Source: an uncultured Myxococcales bacterium
Lineage (GTDB): Bacteria; Myxococcota_A; Polyangia; JAAYKL01
Direction: 5' to 3'
Length of the DNA: 64,000 nucleotides
Assembly (NCBI GenBank): GCA_964530995.1
Contig: CAZHCG010000003.1
Span: forward strand, 915 to 64,914
Under the pieces are notes generated by a model. The model worked only from the letters and a program-made list of their open reading frames with translations. It had not been told where the DNA came from and did not search any database. The position numbers and the translations under genes were made by a program. Positions 19,319 through 29,479 of this stretch are shown here, one piece after another (positions within the stretch are counted from its first letter, which is position 1; each line of letters starts with the position of its first letter).

Positions 19319-21014
19319 CCGCGCTCGCGTCGCCGGGCCGCAGCCGAGCGATCCAGCGCAGAGTCAGCGCCGTGGCCAGCGCGATCGTGGTCGCGGCGGC
19401 CAGCACGTGTCCCGCCGAGACGAGGCGCGGCGGTAGCTCGGCCCACTCCCAGGCCAGCGCCAGCGTCAGCGAGGCCGCGAGCGCCGCCGCCGGGATCGCG
19501 ATTCTGCCGGCGGCGCGGCCCGCACCGCGCCGGCCGCGCCGCTCGGACAGATCCGCGCCGGCCGCCCAGCGAGCCGCGAGCAGCACCAGCCAGCACTTGG
19601 CGGTGAACAGTGCGACCCCGGCCAGCATCCAGCCCGGGCTCTCGGCCAGTCTCGAGAGCGGCACGCCGGGCACGCCCCAGCCGCCCAGCGAGCAGCAGGC
19701 GATCGTCGCCGCTCCGGACAGCGCAGCGATCCAGCTCGCGATTCGCGAGCCCCGCCGCGCGACGCTTCCTTCCCCGCCGGCGCGCGGCCAGATCAGCGCC
19801 ACGGCGGCCGCGGTCGCGATCGCCGCCGCCGGGTTGGTCCAACCGTACCAGCTCCACGGCGAGCCGTTCTGTCCCGCGACCAGCCCGCTCAAGTCGAAGC
19901 TCGAGCCGAACACAGCGGCGAGGCCCAGCGCCGAGAGCGGAGCCAGCGGGCGCAGCACTGCATCCAGGATCCTGGAAGGACCGGAGCCTCCGCCGAGCAG
20001 GCCGCGCGCCGCCCCGCCGCCGGCGCAGACTCCCACCAACAAGAGAGTGCCCTCCAGGCCGAGCCGGCCGTGAATCGCCACGGCGGGCAGCGCCAGGATC
20101 GGAACCGAAATCGCGCCGATTCCCAGCGAGAGCAGCAGCGGGTCGCTCTCGTCCCGCGGCTCGTGGCGCGCTGGCCGCCGCCTGGCCGGGGCCGCGAAGG
20201 CGAGAAACACCCCCAGCGCGACCGCGCTCAGCAGAACGGCCGCCACCTCGTCCGGCGCCAGCGTCGATCCCGGCAGCGGGCCCAGCGATATCTCCCGCGT
20301 CTCGCCCGTCTGCGAGACGATCGTCAGGCGGTGGGGCTCGGCGCTATCCAGCCCGGCCAGGTCTCCCAACGAGGCCAGGGCGGTGCCGTCCGCGGCCAGC
20401 AGCCGGTCGCCGGGCTCGAAGCCGGAGCGATCCGCCGGCGAGCCCGGAGCGACCGCGCCCACCACCAGGCCGCGATCTCCCTCTCCGGCCGACATCTCCA
20501 GGCCGATCTCGTCGAGCAACATCTCGGCCCGCCTGCGCTGGAGCGCCCCGCTGGCGACGCCCACGCCGGAGGGGCGCAGCTCGATCGTAAGCTTTTCGCT
20601 GCGCGCCTCGACCCGCACGGCCGATCCCTCGAGCGCTACCGGGAACTCCGCCTCGACCACGCCGGAGAAGCGCGCCGGGCGCACGGCGAGACGCTCCATC
20701 ACCGCGGAGCTGATCGGCAGCTCCAGGCGGTTCGTGCCGACCGCGGTGGCCTGCAGCTCCACCGTCCGCCGCACCGGGGCGGCCGGACCGGGCGGGTCGA
20801 ACTCGCCGCTCAGCGACAACTCGGCCGGACCCTCGACGAAGCCGGATCCCTCGATCGAGAGCACGTCTCCCGGCTCGAGCACCCGGGGCTGTACCGACTC
20901 GATCGAAGCCAGCGCGATCGGCGGGCTCGAGTCGCAGCCGGAGACCGAGAACAGCACCGGAACGCTATAGATCCAGAACGCGATCGCCCGGGCGACTGTA
21001 GGTGAACATCTCAC
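19278..21014 (-). CDS. Polytopic membrane lipoprotein with an internal PDZ domain, hypothetical.
   Basis: Lipobox FSVSGC. PDZ-like segment GLVVGAVAPGSPADRSGFEPGDRLLAADGTALASLGDLAGL. Multiple C-terminal TM helices. Converges on coaD with a 40-nt overlap. Confidence 0.55.
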   Translation of the reverse strand: MRCSPTVARAIAFWIYSVPVLFSVSGCDSSPPIALASIESVQPRVLEPGDVLSIEGSGFVEGPAELSLSGEFDPPGPAAPVRRTVELQATAVGTNRLELPISSAVMERLAVRPARFSGVVEAEFPVALEGSAVRVEARSEKLTIELRPSGVGVASGALQRRRAEMLLDEIGLEMSAGEGDRGLVVGAVAPGSPADRSGFEPGDRLLAADGTALASLGDLAGLDSAEPHRLTIVSQTGETREISLGPLPGSTLAPDEVAAVLLSAVALGVFLAFAAPARRRPARHEPRDESDPLLLSLGIGAISVPILALPAVAIHGRLGLEGTLLLVGVCAGGGAARGLLGGGSGPSRILDAVLRPLAPLSALGLAAVFGSSFDLSGLVAGQNGSPWSWYGWTNPAAAIATAAAVALIWPRAGGEGSVARRGSRIASWIAALSGAATIACCSLGGWGVPGVPLSRLAESPGWMLAGVALFTAKCWLVLLAARWAAGADLSERRGRRGAGRAAGRIAIPAAALAASLTLALAWEWAELPPRLVSAGHVLAAATTIALATALTLRWIARLRPGDASAAIHLPASGGAPRR

Positions 21015-21075
21015 ATGCAGACCATACTTCGAGCGCGGGCGGAGGATCCAGTTTTCGACCCCCTCGAGGGGGGAT

Positions 21076-22533
21076 CTACTCGACGAAGATCAGGGTCGCC
21101 AGCACCAGCAGCGGCAGCAGGATCAGGCACGAGTAGATCATGTAGCCGAAGAAGGAGGGCATCTTGATCCCCGACTCCTCGGCGACCGCCTTGACCATGA
21201 AGTTGGGGCCGTTGCCGATGTAGGTCATCGCCCCCATGAAGACGGCTCCCAGCGAGATCGCGACCAGGATCTGCTCGTCGATCAGGTGATCGCCGACCCA
21301 CATCATCCCCTCGGGCGCGGCCTGGCCCGCCAGCGCTGCGGCCTGCTCGAGGTTCATGCCCGTCGCCGTGGTGAAGAAGGTGACGTACGTCGGCGCGTTG
21401 TCCAGGAAGGCAGACAGCGATCCGGTGATCCAGAAGAAGTGCCAGTTCTCGGTCAGGCCCAGCTCGGAGCCGTGGTACTCGAGCAGGATCAGCGCCGGGA
21501 TCATGGTGACGAAGATGCCGATGAACAGCGCCGCCACCTCGATGATCGGGTGCATGGTGAAGCTGTTGTCGCGGCGCAGCCCGCGCGGCGTGGTCAAAGC
21601 CGAGATCCCGACCAGCGCCAGCATCGTCCCCTCGCGGATGAACTTGAAGTAGGGCTGATCCTCCATGAACGGCAGGTAGTTGGGGTTGAGGAACGCCACC
21701 GAGGCCACGATTCCGGCCAGCCACAGGAAGTTGATCGTGCCGCTGATGCTGAGCGGCTCCACCTCCTCGGCGTCGGCGGCCAGCGTGGCCCGGTCCTCCT
21801 TGCGGTAGGCCAGCGTGTCCCAGATGAAATAGATCACTACCAGCGTGGAGTTCATCGCCAGCCACGGCAGGACCAGCCCGAACGTCCAGACGAAAGGCAC
21901 GCCGCGCAGGTAGCCGAGGAACAGGGGCGGATCTCCCAGCGGCGTCAGGCATCCGCCGATGTTGGCCACGATAAAGATGAAGAAGATCACGGTGTGGACC
22001 GTGTGCTTGCGCTGCGAGTTGGTCTTGAGCAGCGGGCGGATCAGCAGCATCGCCGCGCCGGTCGTTCCGATGAAGCTGGCCAGCACCGAGCCGACCGCCA
22101 GGAAGGCGGCGTTGACCCGCGGCGTCGCCTTCAGATCGCCGCGCAGCATGATCCCTCCGGAGATCACGAACAGCGATCCCAGAAGGATGATGAACGGCAC
22201 GTAATCGAAAACGAGCGCGTGCTCGATCTTGTGCAGGAAGAAATGCGCGGCCGCCTCGCCCTCGGTGAAGGCGCGGTAGAGCAGGTAGCCCAGCATCGGG
22301 ACTCCCAGCACGGCGCTGACGATCAGCTTGTTCGAGTTCTTCTCCCACCAGTGCTTGCTGACCAGCGGGAAGATCGCGATGCTGAGCAGCATCACCACGA
22401 ACGGAGCGACCATGTAGATAGGCATCTCCGGCGCGGAGTGCGCGATCTCGCCCGAGGAGGCCAGCGCGGGCGACGCGGACAGGAGCACGGATGCCAACGC
22501 GGGAATGATGATCGGGGCTTGCAACGTTTTCAC
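21076..22533 (-). CDS. Ion transporter of the ArsB/NhaD permease superfamily (putative Na+/H+ antiporter NhaD-like).
   Basis: 485 aa with about 12 TM helices. Conserved FLDNAP motif. Overall similarity pattern to NhaD/CitMHS-type permeases. Confidence 0.6.
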   Translation of the reverse strand: MKTLQAPIIIPALASVLLSASPALASSGEIAHSAPEMPIYMVAPFVVMLLSIAIFPLVSKHWWEKNSNKLIVSAVLGVPMLGYLLYRAFTEGEAAAHFFLHKIEHALVFDYVPFIILLGSLFVISGGIMLRGDLKATPRVNAAFLAVGSVLASFIGTTGAAMLLIRPLLKTNSQRKHTVHTVIFFIFIVANIGGCLTPLGDPPLFLGYLRGVPFVWTFGLVLPWLAMNSTLVVIYFIWDTLAYRKEDRATLAADAEEVEPLSISGTINFLWLAGIVASVAFLNPNYLPFMEDQPYFKFIREGTMLALVGISALTTPRGLRRDNSFTMHPIIEVAALFIGIFVTMIPALILLEYHGSELGLTENWHFFWITGSLSAFLDNAPTYVTFFTTATGMNLEQAAALAGQAAPEGMMWVGDHLIDEQILVAISLGAVFMGAMTYIGNGPNFMVKAVAEESGIKMPSFFGYMIYSCLILLPLLVLATLIFVE

Positions 22534-22629
22534 CTCGAGCGAGCGCGCATGGGGCGCGATCTGCGTGCTTGAACGGGCGCGGCCCTGTTGCTAGGGTCCG
22601 CTGACTATCACAGCGGCCGAAAGACGAAC

Positions 22630-24993
22630 ATGATTCAACGCATCTGGCAAGCAATTCCGATCCTGACCCTGACCCTGGGGCTGGGGCTGGCCGCCTGCTC
22701 GAGCGAGCCCTCGACTCCGCGGGTTCCGCCCCCGGACGCCGGCGCCGCCCGGCCCCAGGCCAGGTTGGACCACGACGCGGAGCCGCCGCCGCCTCCCCCG
22801 GGCGGCAGGCCGGTGCTGGCCTACCGCGACGGCGAGGTCGAGGAGACCACCGAGGATCCGGCCCGCGCCGCCGGCCTGACCGTCGTGGACATGAGCAACT
22901 ACTGGGTGCCGTACATCTTCTCCGAGCGCGACGGCCCGGACGAGGTGCGGCGCCCCAACGAGTACCGCTCGGTCTACCGCAAGCTGGCCAACGACTGGCC
23001 CTACGAGTCGCCGACGATGCGCGAGGCGCGGCTGATCGTCGAGCGGCGGATCGAGGCGGCGCGCAAGGCCGAGATCATCGAGCTTCGCGAGCAGGGTCTC
23101 TCCGAGGAGGAGATCCGAGAGCGACTGGACCTGGACCAGGAGGAGGAAGGGGAGGACGGGATCGACGCCGGAGCCGGCGAGGAGGACGCCGGCGTCGGGT
23201 TCGAGGGCGGCAGCGGGGAGGCCAGCCACTTCCTGGAGGTCTACGGGATCCTGCCCAGCCTCTCGGTGCTGCGCAAGCGGGCGCTCGAGGAGATCGAGCG
23301 GCCCTGCTTCGGCGAGATCGACTACGAAAAAATCCGGCGCTTCGACGGCTTCGTCGCCTACAAGAGCAACGAGCGCGCCGAGGAGGACGCCCGCCGCGGG
23401 CGTAACTTCGCGCGCCGGATGCGCGAGGAGATGGAGCGGCTCGGCGTGGAGGATCCGCTCGAGCTGAGCGATCATCCCAACAACCGGCTCTCGTCGGGGC
23501 TGATCAAGATCGGCATTCGCTACGAGGCGCTGGTCGAGGCCCAGCGGCAGCTCGAGTGCGAGGGTCTGTTCCCCGAGGGCACGGTCCAGTACGTCACCCG
23601 CGGAGGGCTGGACTGGAAGACCCACCAGGCGCTGACCTCGTTCGAGCGCAAGAACCGCATCTTCGCCTGGGGCTTTTTCGGGGACGAGACCCTGCAAGCG
23701 CTGGGCAAGACGCCCACAGAGAGGCTCTACGACGCCTTCGTGCGCGTCGTCGCCGAGCGGGTCGCGAACGCCGCCGGGATCGTCGAGGACGGCAGCGCGC
23801 TGGGAGAGGACGGCGAGAAGGCGACCTACCTGGACGAGGACGGCGAACGGCACCCGGTGCCCAACCTGATGGCCGAGTGCTCGGCCCACGCGCTGCGCCA
23901 CATGAATCTCAACTCGCCGGACGAGGTGGTGGAGTTCCTGACCGCGCACGACGACGACTTCTTCGACCGGCTGCACGTCGCCGTGCCGCTCCCCGAGCTG
24001 CCGCCCTACCACGACGAGGCGATGGATCTGAAGGCGGAGATCGACCGCGGCGACGTCTGGTACGAGTACCCCTACACCGAGGACGGAGAGCGCAAGATCC
24101 AGCCCCGCAAGCGGATGCCGATGCTGACGCTGTTCGTCCGCTGGAACGAGCAGGAGATTCCGCTGGTCAGGATGAACACCACGATCGGCTCGTGGCGCAC
24201 CGAGCTGGCCCCCGACGGGTACGAGTATTACAAGTACAAGAGCTCGGACGTGGGTCCGCGCGTCTGGAAGGACATCTACGCCGGGCCGGTCTGGCTGCCG
24301 CCGGACAGCACGCCGGTCGGCGACCTGTTCAAGAAGGTCTACTGCCGCGGGCGGCTGATCGAGGTGCCCAACTACGACGAGTTCGGCCCGGGCTACGCTT
24401 CTGCCTACGGGCTGGTGGCGGCCTTCCACGTGCGTCCGGTGGAGCGGCGCAGCGGCGAGATCGAATACCTGGACAACGGGATCCGCAGCCACGGCTCGGT
24501 GGACTACAACTCGATCCTGAGGCGCTTTTCCCACGGCTGCCACCGGCTCTACAACCACCTGGCGATCAGGCTCTTCGACTTCGTGCTGAGGCACCGGCCG
24601 TTCGAGAGGGTGGGCCGGGTCTCGGCCGGCTACAGCCGCAAGGTGGAGCGCGACGACCAGGTGTTCTTCATCGAGCTCGACTCGCGGGGCTACAGGTACG
24701 AGCTGACAGAGCCGCTCCCGGTCGACGTGCTGAGGGGCAGGGTGCTCGGCTCGCAGTACGCGCCGATCGAGCACTACATGCCCAAGCCCGGCGAGGAGTA
24801 CGGCCCGGACGCGGAGTTTCTGCCCGAGCAGTACCGCCACCTGATCGAGGGAGCCGACGCCGGCTTGGACGCCGGCCTCGACGCCGGACCGCCGCGGGAG
24901 AAGGACGCCGCCCCGGCCCCGGCAAAGGACGCCGGAGCCGAGCCGAGAGCCGAGAAACAGCCTCCCCCGGGAGACGCGGGAGCCGAGCCGTAG
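22630..24993 (+). CDS. Large secreted lipoprotein, hypothetical (about 788 aa), with a low-complexity C-terminus.
   Basis: The start was chosen at MIQRIWQAIPILTLTLGLGLAACSSE (lipobox LAAC); the listed ORF begins 42 nt upstream. Varied amino-acid composition. The C-terminus is DAGLDAGLDAGPP...-rich. Confidence 0.55.
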   Translation: MIQRIWQAIPILTLTLGLGLAACSSEPSTPRVPPPDAGAARPQARLDHDAEPPPPPPGGRPVLAYRDGEVEETTEDPARAAGLTVVDMSNYWVPYIFSERDGPDEVRRPNEYRSVYRKLANDWPYESPTMREARLIVERRIEAARKAEIIELREQGLSEEEIRERLDLDQEEEGEDGIDAGAGEEDAGVGFEGGSGEASHFLEVYGILPSLSVLRKRALEEIERPCFGEIDYEKIRRFDGFVAYKSNERAEEDARRGRNFARRMREEMERLGVEDPLELSDHPNNRLSSGLIKIGIRYEALVEAQRQLECEGLFPEGTVQYVTRGGLDWKTHQALTSFERKNRIFAWGFFGDETLQALGKTPTERLYDAFVRVVAERVANAAGIVEDGSALGEDGEKATYLDEDGERHPVPNLMAECSAHALRHMNLNSPDEVVEFLTAHDDDFFDRLHVAVPLPELPPYHDEAMDLKAEIDRGDVWYEYPYTEDGERKIQPRKRMPMLTLFVRWNEQEIPLVRMNTTIGSWRTELAPDGYEYYKYKSSDVGPRVWKDIYAGPVWLPPDSTPVGDLFKKVYCRGRLIEVPNYDEFGPGYASAYGLVAAFHVRPVERRSGEIEYLDNGIRSHGSVDYNSILRRFSHGCHRLYNHLAIRLFDFVLRHRPFERVGRVSAGYSRKVERDDQVFFIELDSRGYRYELTEPLPVDVLRGRVLGSQYAPIEHYMPKPGEEYGPDAEFLPEQYRHLIEGADAGLDAGLDAGPPREKDAAPAPAKDAGAEPRAEKQPPPGDAGAEP

Positions 24994-25296
24994 TTGACGG
25001 GCGTATCTCCGAATTCTAGATTCGAGGAGATGGACGATGCTTGGCCCGAGTGGGTGGTCGACGACGACGAGTCGGTGCGTGCCGAGGCCGCTCCCTATCG
25101 CGAGATGAGCCCCGAGCGACGCCTGGTCCTGCTGGCCGCGGCGTGCCGGGCCGCGGCCAGGATGCTGCGCTCCCGCCCGGACGCGGAGGATGTGCTGTCC
25201 CACAGGGATCCTCTCCCGCGCAGCTCCCAAAAAGCCCTCGAGCGACTCAGGCTGGAGGCGCGGCGGCGGCGGTCGGGAGGGGACGACAATGGTTGA
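24994..25296 (+). CDS. Small hypothetical protein (100 aa), possible partner of the downstream nucleotidyltransferase-fold gene.
   Basis: Plausible composition. Overlaps the next gene by 8 nt. No recognisable domain. Confidence 0.3.
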   Translation: MTGVSPNSRFEEMDDAWPEWVVDDDESVRAEAAPYREMSPERRLVLLAAACRAAARMLRSRPDAEDVLSHRDPLPRSSQKALERLRLEARRRRSGGDDNG

Positions 25297-25858
25297 GCCG
25301 AGCGATCCACTCGAGGCCGGCCTGTCAATCGCCGGCGCTTTCGAGGAGCACGGCGTTCCGTACGCGATCGGGGGAGCGCTGGCCTACGGGTTGTGGGGCG
25401 TTCCCAGAGCCACAGTCGATGTCGACATGAATGTTTTCGTGGAGGCGGAGCGCATCTCCGTCGTCGTGGAGGCTCTGCGGTCCCTCGGCATCGAGACGGA
25501 TCTTGAAACCTCTTTGCTGGCGAGCCGGCGGGAGGGAATGTTCGTCGTGAGGTACGGCATGTTCAGAGTCGACCTGTTCACCCCCAGCATCGACTTCGCC
25601 TGGGAGGCCAAGCGCACCAGGGTGCGCCATGCGATAGAAGGACGCGAGGCGGACTTCCTTTCCGCCGAGGCCCTCTGCGTGTTCAAGCTGATGTTCTTCA
25701 GGCCCAAGGACATCGTGGATCTGCAAAGCCTCGTGGCGGTCAGAGGGAACGAGCTGGACACCGGTTACGTGCGCCGTCACGTCGCAGCGATGATGGGCGA
25801 GGAAGACGAGCGAATCGCCCGCTGGGACGAGCTCGTGAAAAAGCACGCGGACAGCTGA
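25289..25858 (+). CDS. Nucleotidyltransferase-fold protein (MNT/AbiEii-like), hypothetical.
   Basis: The N-terminal AIGGALAYGLWGVPRATVDVDMNVF fits the G[SG]xAxG...[DE]xD pattern of minimal nucleotidyltransferases. 189 aa. Confidence 0.4.
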   Translation: MVEPSDPLEAGLSIAGAFEEHGVPYAIGGALAYGLWGVPRATVDVDMNVFVEAERISVVVEALRSLGIETDLETSLLASRREGMFVVRYGMFRVDLFTPSIDFAWEAKRTRVRHAIEGREADFLSAEALCVFKLMFFRPKDIVDLQSLVAVRGNELDTGYVRRHVAAMMGEEDERIARWDELVKKHADS

Positions 25859-26018
25859 GCCGTCACGGAGCAGTGTAGCCCAGCTCGAGCCGCCACCCGC
25901 CGGAGGTGTTGTCCGGCTCGTAGGCGCGCTCGTGGATGGGGTCGGGCGTGGTCTCGATGGTGACGTCCGCGGGCCCGCCTTCGGCGGTGTTGATTCCCAC
26001 GCAGTCCCCGGTTGACGC

Positions 26019-27431
26019 TCACTCTCCCCCGGCTCCGGTGGGGGCGCGCTCCGGGCCGAGCTCGTAGCTGAACACGTCCAGGTAGACGGTCTCTCCGTCC
26101 GGGGCGTCGACCTCGAGCCGGAAGGGACGCTGGAAGCGCTGCCTGGGGAAGGCCAGCTTGCCGGAGATCGATCCGCCGCTTTGCACCTCTTCTGCGAGAT
26201 CGATCTGCCCCATCGCCTTCTTGGAGGGACGCTCCCAGTGCTTGGGCGAGGTCTCGAGCCGCGCCGAGAGCTTCTCGAGCGAGCCGCTCTCCTCCTCGCC
26301 CCGGTAACCGATCTCCAGGTCGACCAGCGCCAGGAACTCGTCCTCGCCGTCCGGCGCGTAACCGCCGAACTCGCGGGCGTCCGAGATGCCGGTCACCTTG
26401 ACGCTCCACTCGCTGGTCGTCGACTCGACCGGGAACGTGGCCGCCGGACCCCGCCCGTAGTCGTCGGGCTGGATCACCGAGTCGCGGTCGAACCACTCGG
26501 TGTCTCCGGTCAGCCGCGTTACGAGAGCCCGATCGAGCTTGGCGTAGATCGCGTCGGCCGGCTCCAGCTCCGGCTCCTTGCGGCCCACCTCGACCTCGAC
26601 CTGCTTGCGCACCGCCATCCCGACCACCTCCTCCCAGTGGACCAGGACGAACGAGAGCGCGTGGCGCCGGCGTCCCTCGGTGATCCCGCGCGTGACCAGC
26701 TCCAAGTAGACCTCGGCCTCGTCGGGCAGCACCTCGCAGAAGGCCGGGCTCAGCTCCTGGGACTCCCAGTGGAACTCGCGCGTCTGCCCCGAGACCCACG
26801 GATCCTCGCCGCGCACCTCGCGCTCGATCTCGGACACGATCCTGGTCCGGCCGTAGCGGCTGTGCTCGCGCTGCTTGGGACCGACCTCGGCGTAGCGATC
26901 ATCGCCGAAGCGCAGGTAGAGCGAACCGTCCCAGGCCGCGCGGTAGAGCATGTCGCCGCCGGTGTAGGTCAGCTCGCCCTCCACGATCGCCCTGATCCCG
27001 TCGGCGTCCTTGCGCTTCTCCGGCTTGTCGCCCTCGCCGCACTCGCCGTCCAGGTAGAGGCGTGCGATCTTCACCTCGAACGGCGCCTTGGCGACCGCGG
27101 TCTTCTTGGCCTGATAGTAGGCGCCGCGGTTATGCTCCTTTGCGGCGCATTCGTCCCGGCAGTGCTTTTCGCAGTACCGTTGGATCTCCCAATCGCGCTC
27201 CGGATCGATTCCGCTCGGCGTCCCGGCGGGGGCCGGGGCCGGGGCCGGGGCGGGGGCCGGCTGCTTCGCCTGCCCGGCGGCGGGCTGCGCGGCCGGAGCC
27301 GGTGTCTCGGCGGCCTTGCCGGCGGCCTTTTCGCCCTGCTCGGGAGCCGCGGTCTGCTCGTCGTCGTCCCCGCAGGCGGTCGCTCCGAGAAAGGCCGCCA
27401 GCGCCAACAGCACCATATGCCGAATCCTCAT
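26019..27431 (-). CDS. Secreted lipoprotein with a Pro/Ala-rich linker, hypothetical.
   Basis: The start was chosen at MRIRHMVLLALAAFLGATACGDD (lipobox ATAC). It contains a PAPAPAPAPA linker. The C-terminal domain has a varied composition. The upstream part of the 677-aa ORF is Arg/Gly-rich and looks like an artefact. Confidence 0.5.
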   Translation of the reverse strand: MRIRHMVLLALAAFLGATACGDDDEQTAAPEQGEKAAGKAAETPAPAAQPAAGQAKQPAPAPAPAPAPAGTPSGIDPERDWEIQRYCEKHCRDECAAKEHNRGAYYQAKKTAVAKAPFEVKIARLYLDGECGEGDKPEKRKDADGIRAIVEGELTYTGGDMLYRAAWDGSLYLRFGDDRYAEVGPKQREHSRYGRTRIVSEIEREVRGEDPWVSGQTREFHWESQELSPAFCEVLPDEAEVYLELVTRGITEGRRRHALSFVLVHWEEVVGMAVRKQVEVEVGRKEPELEPADAIYAKLDRALVTRLTGDTEWFDRDSVIQPDDYGRGPAATFPVESTTSEWSVKVTGISDAREFGGYAPDGEDEFLALVDLEIGYRGEEESGSLEKLSARLETSPKHWERPSKKAMGQIDLAEEVQSGGSISGKLAFPRQRFQRPFRLEVDAPDGETVYLDVFSYELGPERAPTGAGGE

Positions 27432-27517
27432 CGAAGAATCCTCCTGAGTGGCAAGCGTCGCCAGCAGGCTACCCCAACCGCGAAGCGCTCGTCCAGCCCG
27501 GCGAGATTTTTTCGCGC

Positions 27518-28477
27518 TCAGCACAGCGTCGAACGGCCGCGACCGACCGCGATCAGCTGGGCTCCGGCCGGCACGATCCGCTCCACGGCCAGCTCGCCGC
27601 GCAGCGACTCGGCCAGCAGCGTGCGGCAGGGGCAGACGACCGGCAGCCCGGCGCCCTCGCCGCGGTTGAGCGGCTCGGCGATCGCCCGGTACCTGCGGCG
27701 CTTGGCGTTGTCCAGCAACACCCAGAGGCGATCCCCGGCGTCGTTCTTCGCGCCGCCCAGCTCGGCTCGCCCCAGCTCGGTCATCTCCCCTTCCAGCTCC
27801 ACCTCGAGCCGGTAGCGCACCGCGTCGACCCCCGGCTCGCCCGCGATCGCCTCGCCCGCCCCGGGCAACGAGGCCACCAGCGACTCGGGATCCAGAAACG
27901 AGATCAGCGCCGCGTGGGAACGGGCCAGGATCGGATCGGCGCGCCGATCCGCCTCCCAGTCCGCGGTCAGGCTGCCCGCGGCTCCCGGAGCGTAGGTTAC
28001 CACCATGTCGGCGTCGCCGAGCAGGTAGTCGGCGTCGGCCTCCGAGAGGCACAGCCCCTCGAACGGACGGTTGTGGGCCACCACGTCGACCATCACTCCC
28101 GCGGCGGCTCCCGCGCTGGTCAGGGTGGTGCGCACCAGCGCGCCCGCGCCGCGGGACGGGGTGGCGAACGCGACGTGGATCAGCGAGACGCCCGGCCAGC
28201 GCTCGGCCAGGACCTCGATCAGAGCCGCGGCGGCGCGCGCGCCGTCTCCGCCCCCCAGCCGATCGAGGAAGAGCGCGATCGGTTGTTCCGAGGACGGGGC
28301 GCGGTCGAGCACGCGTCCCACCGCCTCGTTCAGCAGGCGGCCGGGGACCAGCCGATCGAACGGATCCCCCGAGGCGATCAGCCGCCGCGCCGGGCGTTGC
28401 CGCTCGCTCCAGACCGGCGCGACCGACCGCATCGCCTCGGAGAAGCGCGCCGCCGTATCGATCACCCGATCCGTCAT
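27518..28477 (-). CDS. Hypothetical protein (319 aa).
   Basis: Reasonable codon and amino-acid composition. Co-directional with, and 4 nt from, the GNAT gene. No recognisable motif. Confidence 0.4.
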   Translation of the reverse strand: MTDRVIDTAARFSEAMRSVAPVWSERQRPARRLIASGDPFDRLVPGRLLNEAVGRVLDRAPSSEQPIALFLDRLGGGDGARAAAALIEVLAERWPGVSLIHVAFATPSRGAGALVRTTLTSAGAAAGVMVDVVAHNRPFEGLCLSEADADYLLGDADMVVTYAPGAAGSLTADWEADRRADPILARSHAALISFLDPESLVASLPGAGEAIAGEPGVDAVRYRLEVELEGEMTELGRAELGGAKNDAGDRLWVLLDNAKRRRYRAIAEPLNRGEGAGLPVVCPCRTLLAESLRGELAVERIVPAGAQLIAVGRGRSTLC

Positions 28478-28481
28478 CGGA

Positions 28482-29417
28482 TCAGTTGAGCTTGCGGGTC
28501 CAGAGCAGCGCGTCCAGCGGTCCGTCGTCGGTCAGGAAGTGGTGCCTGAGCAGGCCGCTGTTGCGGAAGCCGGCGCTGGCGTACACCGCGTTCATCTCCA
28601 GATCGTCGCCGCGCACCAGCGAGAACGTCGCGACCGCGCCCAGCTCGCCCAGCCACTCGACAAAGGCGCTCAGCCCGAAGCGGGCCAGCGAGCGCTCCGA
28701 TCGGTTGGTCGGCGAGAAGAAGACGTCGACCTTGGCGTTGCCGAAGCAGTCCTGGTACTCCGCGCCGAAGATATTGCTCTGCCTGGTGCGGCGATTGTGC
28801 GAGGCGAAGTAGTAGCGCTCCACCTCGCGGCTGAACTGCGGAAAGACCGGCAGCTCGATCCTGGACGCGGCCCGGCCCTTCTTGCCCTTCTTGCCGCGCC
28901 CGGTCTTCTTGCCCTTGCCGGCGCGCTGCTGGGCGGCCTTCTGCTCGCGCTTTATGATCTCGACCACGCCGCCGTCGTCGACCGGCTCGGTCTTGATTCC
29001 GCTGCCCTTCTGTCCCGAGATCTGGGCGGCGAGATCCTTGACCTCGGCGATGAACTCCTTCTTCTCCGAGGCGTCCTCCGCCGCCGAGGTCTTGGGCGCG
29101 TCCTCCTCGTAGAGCCGGCTCATCACGTAGGCGTCGGAGCGCTTGTAGTAGCCCGGGATCGTTCCCTCCCTGGAGTAGCCGACCCGCTGCCAGCCGTTCA
29201 TGTCGTCGCGCTCGATCAGCGTGAACAGCTTGCGCATCCCCTCCTTGAGCAGCACGCCCTCCAAATAGGAGTGCTTGGTCTGGAAGTTGCCTCCGCGGAA
29301 GTCCACCACGCGGATCGTGCTGTTGGCGTGATCGAGAAGCAGGCTGCAGAAGATATCCTCGTTGCGGACCATCCGCTCCGTGAGTCGATTGGGGCTGTCG
29401 TATCGTTTTTCGGCCAT
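28482..29417 (-). CDS. GNAT-family N-acetyltransferase with two GNAT-like halves joined by a Lys/Gly-rich linker.
   Basis: The C-terminal half has a motif A-like RFGLSAFVEWLGELGA. The N-terminal half has a GNAT motif-B-like GYYKRSDAYVMSRLY. The linker reads KGKKTGRGKKGKKGR. The start was chosen at MAEKRYD. Confidence 0.55.
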   Translation of the reverse strand: MAEKRYDSPNRLTERMVRNEDIFCSLLLDHANSTIRVVDFRGGNFQTKHSYLEGVLLKEGMRKLFTLIERDDMNGWQRVGYSREGTIPGYYKRSDAYVMSRLYEEDAPKTSAAEDASEKKEFIAEVKDLAAQISGQKGSGIKTEPVDDGGVVEIIKREQKAAQQRAGKGKKTGRGKKGKKGRAASRIELPVFPQFSREVERYYFASHNRRTRQSNIFGAEYQDCFGNAKVDVFFSPTNRSERSLARFGLSAFVEWLGELGAVATFSLVRGDDLEMNAVYASAGFRNSGLLRHHFLTDDGPLDALLWTRKLN

Positions 29418-29479
29418 CGCTCGTCGTCCTCCTCCGCGCTGGCGAGGGACGGAATGGTACCACCGTTCCTCCGCCCGGT

